This document shows, piece after piece, positions 25,401-37,400 of a stretch of 64,000 bases of DNA. Every line of letters begins with the position of its first letter. Within the stretch, counting starts at the first letter, position 1. Under the pieces are notes generated by a model. It saw only the letters and a program-made list of their open reading frames with translations. It had not been told where the DNA came from and made no database searches. Made by a program: the position numbers and the translations under genes. The DNA comes from Phoronis australis (lineage: Eukaryota; Animalia; Phoronida): contig NMRA01000176.1 in the NCBI GenBank assembly GCA_002633005.1, positions 62,001-126,000 of the forward strand. The letters run 5' to 3'.

Positions 25401-28400
25401 TACTAGGTAAAACTTATTGTTTGTATGTCGACATTGCACAAGGGGCAGAGCTTGCGATAGGTCAGTTTTCGATACATGCCTACGGGAACCTTGTCAATAT
25501 GAGTGACCCCAGGAGAATAAGCTCCTGTGATCAGAATGTGAATGCAAATGGATTATAATGATAATATTGCGGAGTAATGAATTTTTCAGACATGTCGGGG
25601 ACTGAACTGGTATCCAGCATTGCTGGCAACTTCCTGTGCTGTGTGATATGCACAGAAAAATACGACAAGCCGAGAGTACTACCGTGTCAACACTCATTTT
25701 GTGAAAACTGTCTCGAATCCTACATTGTTGCCAATGAGTTTTGGGACACTCTTCCATGTCCTACATGCCGTGAACACGCCAACATTCCCAGGCAAGGGGC
25801 ATCAGGATTTCCAATGAATCACTACATCGTGGGTCTTGCTGACTGTGTCGGCAGTTACACATCTCAGGCTGATGACACGGAGCACTTGTGTGACAACTGT
25901 TTCGATCTTGGCGAACGCAACACTCCTATCGTCTACTGCTCCGTGTGTGGTCATTCCTTGTGTGACATCTGTCAAAAAGCACATCAGAGACTACGTGCAA
26001 CGCGGAGTCATCTGACGACATCGTTCTTGGGTAGCATCAAAAAAAATGCAACAATCACAGATTCAGCAAAAGGCTCCCAAAAAACCAATGAAGTCGCTAG
26101 TTCTCAGTCAGAAACTATAACCATCGGTTCTGTGCAATCTTCTCACTCGAGTTCAGGTGTTAAGAACACGCATATTGAAACAACCTCGACCACCTACCGG
26201 AACACCAATGAGGTTATGGGACTGTCAGACAATGGAGCCGGTAATACTCAGCCAGAAAATATAACCACCACAGCAGTGCAATCTAGTCAGCTGAGTCCAG
26301 GTGCTATCAACAACTGCGGTCGGACACCTTCAACTACTATTGCCTCAAGCAGTTGCAGTTCTCATACCGTGCAGGGTGCGCAGTCAACTTGGTACGTGCC
26401 TTTGAAGCCGCGAGTGACCCAAGCCGAATTAAAAGAAACGATACGAGTCTGCTCGGGTGACAGTGACATATGGGACATAAGTCTTGACACAGACGGCGAC
26501 ATCTACATAGTGGACATCGAAGGTGAACGCGTGAGAAAGTACAATGTCGACGAACGTAGTGAGAAAAACTTCGCCACATCTGGACGAAACAGAGTGAGAA
26601 ACCCTTACCACGTTGCCTGTACTACTGATGGGAAAGTTGCGATTTTGCAAAGTGACGACTCAGTTAAGGTGTTTTCGAAGGCGCAGACTTTTGTAAACAA
26701 GTTTGGGAAATTTCTGGATTCTCATGGCTTAGCCGTCAACTCTCGTAATCAGATCGTAACCGTTGAGCAGGGGAAATGCCACATATACGAGCAAGAAGGA
26801 AGTGTCGTTCGTTCATTTTCGCTGCGACCCTTGCCAGAATGGTGCGGTGCTTACATTGCCACAGACAATCAGAACAATGTCATCATCTCGTTCTCTCTCC
26901 TACACATGGTACAGGCGTTCACCGAAAATGGACAACTGTTGTGGTCTTACGGTAGCGAAGGATCTGGTATAGGACAGTTGAAGAATCCGCGTGGCGTATG
27001 CGTCGACCGCTATGACAACATCCTTGTTGCTGACTCCGGCAACCACAGAGTGACGATGCTGTCAGCCACTGGTCAGTTTCAGAGAAACTTAATTAGATGC
27101 TCGGATGATACATTCTTTCCAAGCGGAATCACTGTGGACAGATCTGATCACTTACTAGTGGCAAGTCGTTACCAAGGACGGATTTTGGTGTATGACTATC
27201 TATCATTTGACGAGTTGCCAGGAAGTAATGCTGCCACTTGAACTCATTTACAGAAAATAAAGGAGCACGATTGTTTGAAGCTTTATAAACATTTATTCCA
27301 CATATTGCTACATCATAAATCTTTTATAAACATTTATTCCACATATTGCTACATCATAAATCTTTTATAAACATTTATTCCACATATTGCTACATCATAA
27401 ATCTTTTATAAACATTTATTCCACATATTGGTATATCATAAATCTTTTATAAACATTTATTCCACATATTGCTACATCATAAATCTTTTATAAACATTTA
27501 TTCCACATATTGCTACATCATAAATCTATCCGTCACTAAGCTATTTTTGAATATTTACTTGGCAAACATTTGCATTTAATTACATCATTATCTATTTTCT
27601 TATAAAATATTACTTTTCAGAGAAACACTATATTGAAGGTTTTGACATAATATTCGGTGGTTAGCAGGGAATTTAGTCACTTACAGGGGTCTCAGATTCT
27701 GAGAACTAGTTGGATTCACATTATTCAGTGAAGAAAACTGGTTCTCTCTATGATTATTGCCCTAAAATGTACTTGAATGTAAACTTAAGATTCATATTGA
27801 GGCAGCAAATACAAGAAATATTAAATATTCAATGTTTTCATAAAAGTCATTTATTTGAGCAGCAACTGGGAAAACAAGATAACCCATAATCTGATGACAG
27901 AAATCATCATCATCCAGACGCAAAAAATATATTGATCATAACTTCTGCAACTTACTGTAAAATAGCCAGTCATCAATCTTCTGAGAAGCCAGTTGGCTCC
28001 ACAGCACGTGGATTTATAACTTTTTTTCAGTAAGTTCCAGAAACTATGACATAATTTGTTCGCATAAAAATAACCTGTGGATACAGTAGATTGAAAAAAG
28101 TTAGTGACTCTTGCTTGACCCTGCGCACTAACACACTCAAAACTTGAAAATCACGTTTCCCTTCAAAACATTATGTTTAAATTGGACTTGTCATGTTTTT
28201 TAGAGACACGCGACACATTAAAGTAAATTGCAAGAAATGTGGCGACACTTAGGATGACAGTTACTGTTATGTAGGACCTTATCGACTAGACTGTGTATTT
28301 AGTCATAAAGTTTCTACTACAGTATAGATTTTAACTCGATAAAAGTGTATTTTTTTCTGAAAGTAGAGAGCCTGTATAACTTGATGTTTGTTGTTTTACA

Positions 28401-31400
28401 AGTCTGCACTTGAATGGGTCACATGACGTCTTAGTAAATTTAAGCAAAACAGATATTGGTAGCCAGACAACGGTTTCAATAAGAGGACACAATATCACAG
28501 AATCCTAACATAGTATGGAATATTATGAGACCAATTTTATCAGTCGGACTAAATGGCCTAGTTCGATTTCCATTTGTAGCCATACAAAGTCTGATGAAAT
28601 AAAATTGTCAAAAACAGCATAATTCTTAAACTTGGGTCGGCCAATACTGCCTGTTTATAAAATTTGGTAAAAGCTCTGACTTAGAGCAAAATAATTAATT
28701 TTTCAGTGTTTTAAACTGGAGAATTTTTGCTGTAATCAAAATGGTGAATACAAAACCAACTCACCATCAATAAACAGTCTTTCTTGCACAATGGCCAGTA
28801 GCTGGTGATGTTTATTTTGCTGCAAGTAGCGCTTGAGGTGTGTGTAAGACTCGCGAGACATGCGGATGACAAACTTGCTAGTCCTGTAATCATATTTTAC
28901 AAGATGCAGTGCACGACAAAAACAACAGGACAAATTGACTAGGCATCGCATCTGCTTGGCTCACTGAATCCAATCTGTACACACAATAACTGGGCACAAC
29001 AACAGGAATCGATTTATGACTAAAGAGTTTACTTCCTGAGCAAGGCATTGTGGTGCGTGAGAAAAGAACATCAGTTCATGTGAAAAAAGTGCAACATTCA
29101 TAAAGAAAATACCTCTGTACCACGACTCCAGAAAAGAATAATATTCATACCCAGTAGGATTTCATTTTTACGTTTTAGACCCAATCACATATTAAATTGA
29201 ATGTCATAATAAAAAAGCAATATCTGAATAGCAATATCTGAATGTTTCTACGAACAAATATAAATCTGTGACTAAATGTTCTGAAGTCAGCTGAACATAT
29301 TTATAAGATTCCAAATAGCCGTGCATTTCTTCCAAGTAGGCACAACAAAAGAATGTCTGGTTCTGGTCTGTGGTTGTTTTGAGAACTATAGATGTATTGA
29401 TTTTACAAACAAAAATTCACCTATATTAGTGGTGGCCATTTTTTACAAAAAATCCCGTCATAAGAACTAAAATGGTATGACAATTTCTTTACCAAAAAAA
29501 TTCACCTGATATCAGTTTTTAAGTTTAGTGAAGTGCAACTCCAGAACTGATATGGGCACAAACCAAATCTGAAAATGCCTATTGGCCAAAACTAATTTTT
29601 TTAGCCAGATATACACCAAGCTGAACAGTAAATTCATCGGAACTAAACAATATCGTCTCAAAGACCCACTAAAATTATTATCTGAGTGCTAATCATACCT
29701 GAAATTTTCCATTAACTGATTCTTGACCATGTGTTCTCGTTTGGTTACCGTTGACAACTTGTCGAGATCATCGCCATAGTAATGCTCTTGCTCATCCCGA
29801 AACTTGGAGTAAAATGACTGAGCTGAAAATTATAGTGAGCTTAAAACATGATAAACATGTTAAACACATCAGATTTGAAATGTATCTCACAAATTTACAG
29901 AACATTGTGGACCTTAAATTATCAGTAAAGTTCTGTGCAGTAAGCTGCTCAGTATGTTAATGTACCTAAGGGTACAATGTAAGAATACAATGTAAATATC
30001 TCACCTTCTCTCTCATGCCCATTGTACACTAATTCCAGGTACATGTGAACGAACACTGGGTACAGAATCATGCCGAGTTCACACTGCAATAGAAATGTTT
30101 TGGTCATTACAACCAACACTGCCAAAGAACAGCGTTCACATACCATATCCCTGATCAACAAGATTTTCACGTGAATGGTCGCCAATCGTCTGACATGCCC
30201 TCTTTTCCACAGAGCCAAAGTCAAATGATACATCTCCATTTACCAAGAGAAGTCTCCATTCCAATTAAGTGATTCATGGCTGCCATATAAGGTGATTGCA
30301 CAAGATTGGCTAAAATATTAGTATTTTGCATTTAACGATATGCTAATTACGCATAAGACATAAGATACCTTTGTGAACGCTCGTTTTACACTTTTGATCT
30401 GCCTTTGAGTCAGACGTCTTGTCTCTATTAAAGTTTCACAAATCACATCTCCTTTGGATTCATTAGCAAAGTGATCATCCAAGCTCAAACTTTTATTGTC
30501 ATGATTGACTACAGTGGTGAAACATTGAGTCGTCACTCAGCTGTTTCAATACAGAGTCATCTGAAGTCAAAATCTTTCTAATTTTTATCAATGTTACTTC
30601 ACACTGTGTTACTTGGACTGCAGTGCAAGATATACTCCATCATTTTTATTTTTATAAGTTTTTATTATATTATCATCAACATGTCTTTATAATCTGAGGG
30701 CTGTTCCAGCAAAATCTGTATGGGAGGGGGGAAGGCACTTTTATTTCGTACCCACCGCCCATATTTTTCATTTATTTCTCCAACCCATGACCCATAATTT
30801 TTTAATTATTTTTAATAGGTTAAAATATAAAATCCAACACTTGCAAACAAATTGCCTCCAGGAGGACCTGTTAAGAACTTAGATGATTGACAGACAAGAA
30901 CTAGTTGTCTTGTCCAATATTGTCAAAAACTANNNNNNNNNNNNNNNNNNNNNNNNNNNNNNNNNNNNNNNNNNNNNGCAATACTTTTGGCAGCCACCAG
31001 GTGTCTCTGTTCACCATGTGTCTATAATTTCAATGAACATTTTTTCAATTATAAGGATCTATGAATCTCAAACTGTCTCCACGAACTCTTTTATACTTCT
31101 ATGTCAAGTGAATATTGGAACTTGTTTATCTTACTCCTCATACTTTTTATTTAAAAATCATCAATTTTCTTATATGTGTTAACACCAGTTTAGTGTTGCA
31201 GAACTTTTCAATTCAATAGGACTGCAGACAAACAGTTGGCTCAAATCAAGTTGCCCATGACTTGATTAATGGCTTAGTGAACATATTGCACTCTGTTCAC
31301 TGGCAAAATGGGCTTTTTGTTTTGGGATAAGTTAGGATATATGCCAGTTGCATTTTTTTTGAGTTTTCACAGCTGAAGTAACCAACCTGTCAACATTAAC

Positions 31401-34400
31401 AGGTCAAAAAATACCACCCATTTTTAATACATCACTTCTTACAGGAACGACCACCCATAATTTGAGTTTTTCTGAAGACCACCACCCATGAATTTTTATT
31501 TCTACTGCCGTCCCCCCCCCCCTCCCACACGGATTTTACTGGAACAGCCCTGATCTTGTCCTTGTGTAAAGCTTGCTTTTCATAACGTTTTCTCATAAAG
31601 GCTAAATAAACCAATAATGAGTTAAATATGCGCTACAGAATAAGGCTAAGAGCCCACAACATGGTGGCCCTCCTCCCTGATGATGCACAGGCACTCAAAT
31701 GGAGACTTTCAAATAGCAACTTGGTGACTGGTCACATGGGACCAGATACCAGTGACCTCTAGAGGACGAGGAGGCATTTTATAATTTTGTTTAAAACACA
31801 TTCGGCGTAATCACATACACTGTAAAAGGGTCTTTTCATGAAGTCAAACTGTTCCCCTATGTCATTCGCTGCAAAGACAAAGTAACTTCTGGTTCCGCTA
31901 AGTGACTATATGAGTCACTGGTCCTATGTCACCAACCCCCAATTACTTTCTGAAAGTGTACGATTGTCTTCCTCATGTCGAGAACAGTGCACAATGATAT
32001 AACACACAACATGCCAGGCTCATATCCATAGATAGGATTTTTTACATTGCAGGGCCTAGGCATAGTGTAGACTAATATGGTGCCAAAATGACTATTTTTA
32101 TATCTAAAATACGTGTATTGATGAAAAACATCAACATACAGTGTCATAGCATCGTGAAAAAGTTGACTACAGTTATCTTGAAAAGTTTCTCTAGTTAAAA
32201 CCAGTGCCTTTGCATTAAAATATTATTGAATTTGACAATTAATTTGTCAAGTTCAAACGTTTCATTTAAAATACCATCAATGTCATATAAGTTTTTACTA
32301 ACAACCATTTAGTTACAGTGTAGCCATATCAAACTGAAAGTTGAAATGAAATATAGACAAGGACCAGATTAATAGCTGCATTGAATGAGTACGCATTTCA
32401 AGATTAGGTAAGAACCTAGAAAAATGCTAATATTAAACTAACTTCAGAACATCATATCTCAGAACAGGAGATCAGACTCATGTGAAACTTTTAGATACTA
32501 CGCTTAAATTAAACACAGTTCTCTAAAACACCTTGACGAATTGTTTTAAAATATTTCTCTTTTGTACGAGTGGCTATCAAAATAGGACCTTTCATGATTT
32601 TCATGACAAAATCAAAAGTCGCATAAAACAAAAAACGAAATGATAGGTCAGAAAACTGCTCAACAATCTTTTTGAGTATTCATCTTAAACAAAAAAAAAC
32701 AAAATTTAGTCATGTCAGTACCATTATTTTGCTATGAATGGACCTTTATTTTTTGTTGAATTTTATTTAAAAAACATGGTCACATGATCCAATTAACGGC
32801 AGATTGGTAAAAAGTCAAAAATCAAATTCCACAGACTTCTTGCTTTCAAAAAATATACAATTTTAACTAGGCTAAGCTTAAAATCTAGTTTTGTAAACAT
32901 TTGGCTAAATAAAAATTAAGACTTGTTGATAATATTCAGGGACTAGGAACTCATTCTGAATACTTGACAAGTTCAATCTTCAATATACGTAACAACAACT
33001 AGCTGTATATCCACCCAAAGTTTATAAATAACTTTGAGTAACAAATTGACATCCACTTACATATCAGCAAGTGATCAATATCTCAGAATGTAATGACATT
33101 GAATATCATTAAAGGTGAGTTGATGGGGGTTTAAGAAGGATCCATCTACTTACCTTGTGAATGTCAAGAGAATCTTCAACAAATTTCCTAAGATTCACAT
33201 AGAGGTCCTCGTACAAAGAAGGGTCGCCCTCACTGTCAAAAGATTAAAAAAACATTTGTCGATTAGTAAGTTTCTGGGAAAGGTTTTAAATCTACCAAAA
33301 TCATCTTAAGCAGCAGTTAAAGGCAAACAAAGTATCAATTTTATAAGGTATGTTTTTATTTGGCACTTTTTCAGTTTTCTTTAAGTATATTAGGGACTAA
33401 GTTGAGATCACTGGTTGCATATATTATGAAGCTAAATTCACTGACAGCAATTAAGACGTTAAATTTCATTTTTTGCCTTTTTCATGGACAGAAACAGTGC
33501 CAGTGATAATAGTATGTCCAGCGTATGCTCCCTGAAGCCCCTAATTCGGTTCGTAATCAAAATAGCATAATATTCATTAGGCATACTCCAATGTCCCATC
33601 ATCGGGTCAAGCTGCAAATTGATTCACAACGGAATGGCAACTAAGGCAAGTTGTACTGATTTCAACAAAGTGCCACAACCATTACGTACCTGTTGAGATT
33701 CCGTTGAGATTTAGCCAGAATTGAAATCAGTTGTAGGAAAAATGGATATTTAAACAGGTTTTGCATGCCAAAACTACAACAAATTTTGAAACGTAACATT
33801 TATTGCCAGCTGCATGTAACCTTAAGCAGTACAATGCTGCTGATAGTGAAACAGCAGCATGAAAATTGGAATCACGTGTAGTGCAACAACAAATAACCTG
33901 TTTTTTGTGCTGAGAAAAGTCAAGACCATGTAATATAATAGCCACAGTGAGGTCTACGAAAGCATTTACAAAAAAATTGACATGCAAAAGGTCAAATCAA
34001 CATTCAATTTTTAAAATATTTGAGAGCACCCTCTACCTCTTATATTCCGCTAAAGCTTGAGCGACATCTGTAGTCTGTTGGGAAGATGGTTTACTGGTGA
34101 CATCATCATCAGAAAGCTTGGCTTCTTTCTTCAATAATTCCTCTGTATCCTGTATAACCAATCAGGGTGATTTACAAGAGAAAATAAAAAAATTCATACA
34201 CGCAAGCCCTATCAACTACTTCAATGGCAACAGTATTTCATCCCTAATGTAATGTTGAATTCTTAACGGAAAGTGGAGCACTTTGGGGTTTAAAAGCATA
34301 AACACACTCATCCAATCTTGAATTGTTGACCTCAAAGGGGGTCACTAATTACAGATGGTTGTAAATCATCCATTTCGTTCACACATAATACTGTAGGCCT

Positions 34401-37400
34401 TTCAAAATTACATGCACAGTCTGTAAAAGAAATTCTTTGTGAACTCAGCTCTTAGACATACAACCATCCCCCTCGCCCTGTGTTACAAGTAATCACAGCT
34501 GAACAAAGGGTTTATATGTCTTGGNATATTCAAAAAGGCTGGTGGTCGTACTTCAAAAAAATAAAAATTTACAGGTCGTTGTTGTTTCATTGGGCCATAA
34601 ATGTTTGATGGTGGGTAATTTCAGTAAATTTTATAAACAATCCGCACAGAATCAAAAACTGAAACAAAAACGCAACTTCCAAAAAGCTCCGACTTTTTCA
34701 CTCCCTCCGATCTCCTCATCGGCATGCCTATAACACCAGTCAACCACAGGTGCTCGAATTTCTCGATGCTTAATAACCATATATAAGAAACATATGTTTT
34801 CTTAGTAATGAATGACGTTAGTAGTGATGGAGGAACAGATAAACTCAAGCGCCTGTGCAGTCAACCACAAGAACAAAAAAATTACGCCTGTGCAGTCAAC
34901 CACAACAACAACAAAAATTACGGGTGGTTGCATTTCAAACTTATAAAAAATTACGGGTGGTAGGCTGAAGAAATAAATGAAAAGAATGGGTGGTGAGTGC
35001 GAAAAAAGGTGCCTTCCCCCCCTCCCATACAGATTTTACTGGAACAGCCCTAAATTAAATTTGACTGCAATGAGCTGCAGATGTTTTCAAAATAAACTAA
35101 CCAGATGAGCCACACCTTGAAGAATTTCTTGTCTGAATAAATTTAGTCAAAATCTTCTTGAAATAAAGCAGCATTTTTGTCAAACTCTAACATGTTATTG
35201 TCTTGGTGGACCATCTGGAGTTGGCACATGTACAACTCTGGCAGCGTTAGGATAAGGGTTGCCTCAACAATTAAGACGTTAAATTTCATTTTTTGCCCTT
35301 TTCATGGACAGAAACAGTGCCAGTGATAATAGTATGTCCAGCGTATGCTCCCTGAAGCCCCTAATTCGGTTTGTAATCAAAATAGCATAATATTCATTAG
35401 GCATACTCCAATGTCCCATCATCGGGTCAAGCTGCAAATTGATTCACAACGGAATGGCAACTAAGGCAAGTTGTACTGATTTCAACAAAGTGCCACAACC
35501 ATTACCTGTTGAGATTCCATTGAGATTTAGCCAGAATTGAAATCAGTTGTAGGAAAAATGGATATTTAGACAGGTTTTGCATGCCAAAACTACAACAAAT
35601 TTTGAAACGTAACATTTATTGCCAGCTGCATGTAACCTTAAGCAGTACAATGCTGCTGATAGTGAAACAGCAGCATGAAAATTGGAATCACGTGTAGTGC
35701 AACAATAAATAACCTGTTTTTTGTGCTGAGAAAAGTCAAGACCATGTAATATAATAGCCACAGTGAGGTCTACAAAAGCATTTACAAAAAAATTGACATG
35801 CAAAAGGTCAAATCAACATTCAATTTTTAAAATATTTGAGAGCACCCTCTACCTCTTATATTCCGCTAAAGCTTGAGCGACATCTGTAGTCTGTTGGGAA
35901 GATGGTTTACTGGTGACATCATCATCAGAAAGCTTGGCTTCTTTCTTCAATAATTCCTCTGTATCCTGTATAACCAATCAGGGTGATTTACAAGAGAAAA
36001 TAAAAAAATTCATACACGCAAGCCCTATCAACTACTTCAATGGCAACAGTATTTCATCCCTAATGTAATGTTGAATTCTTAACGGAAAGTGGAGCACTTT
36101 GGGGTTTAAAAGCATAAACACACTCATCCAATCTTGAATTGTTGACCTCAAAGGGGGTCACTAATTACAGATGGTTGTAAATCATCCATTTCGTTCACAC
36201 ATAATACTGTAGGCCTTTCAAAATTACATGCACAGTCTGTAAAAGAAATTCTTTGTGAACTCAGCTCTTAGACATACAACCATCCCCCTCGCCCTGTGTT
36301 ACAAGTAATCACAGCTGAACAAAGGGTTTATATGTCTTGGCTGAAATGATAATTGTTTTCTTACCCCCCCATGGGTTTTTGAATATCCAGTGCTCCAAAA
36401 GTTACGTTTTTCATTGCCATTGGTGAAGCAAATTCGGAAATGGTGATAAGATATTCATGTGTTATCACATGGTGATAAAAAATGTCTATTAAGTACAGCA
36501 GATTAGAACAAACTGGTTCTGTTACCCTCAGATTAGTCTTTGATGAATAAATTTACAATATGACGGAATAACAGTATTGCGCCGTCCTGCGATGAGCCGA
36601 CCATGTTATAGCTGGATTCTACTCCAGCACACCGACGTTTGCACGCGTGCAAGCTGTCACATATTGCAGAGGTTGCAGTCCCATGGCAGTAGTAGAACCA
36701 TCGTGCATGCAAGGTGTCAATTTTTTCACACTGCATATGCTAGGGGAAACATACGTCCTCCCACCTGCTGGGTGTGCTAGCTGCACCAGCTCAGACGATG
36801 GTCATTGTCTAGTTGAGAGCTAGCCTTGGGGAAAAGCTGTATACTAAATACACAACTTTGCGCCGATGCAGGTAAAAAACTGACCAGACAAAATCTGACA
36901 CAAAATAAGTGTCATTAAAAAATATACTCTTCCTTGATTAAACTAACTATTATTTAATGGTGCTGGAAAAATTAGGGTTCTACCGTTATTCTGCTACTAA
37001 ACTTGTGAAGCGATCTTCAGTATCGGCTTTCGGTGCCATGAAATATTGCGTGACCTATTGGTCAGTTTCTTTTTTCGCCGAATCTTCAATCAACTGTTCT
37101 TTCACGAGGTTGCGTACACGTCACAATAAATTATCAGAACTGATTTCACTTCATTATAAGTTTTAAGAATTTTAATACCAGGAAACCGAATTTCAGGAGA
37201 AACTTTGCTGATGCCAAGCTATCATCATCTCCTGAGTCTGAGAGATGTAGCAAAAATTTAGGAAATGGTGTGTGCGCGTGTTACCAGCGTACTGTTTTCG
37301 AAACAACATAATAACTTTTCCTTGTTAGAAAAGGCTGAGGATTATGGAAGAAAATGACATTTATTAGATTGTTTTTCACTTATATGGCTGCAACATACAG

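Noticed and set aside
27281-27526. Regular 41 bp repeats as a CRISPR array (likewise 10335-10695)
   Set aside because: The repeats are contiguous with no unique spacers, there are no cas genes, and the context is eukaryotic. They are minisatellites.
30933-30977. 45 N gap as hidden content
   Set aside because: The sister MITE copy at 22772-23312 implies only ~13 bp of element sequence belong here.
22862-31182. Similar ORFs at 22862-23068 (-) and 30883-31182 (+) as paralogous genes
   Set aside because: Both are frames inside copies of the same Harbinger MITE.
33727-35803. Two near-identical 86-aa ORFs as a duplicated small gene
   Set aside because: They lie in TAF5 intron sequence within the N-bounded duplication and have no recognisable domain.
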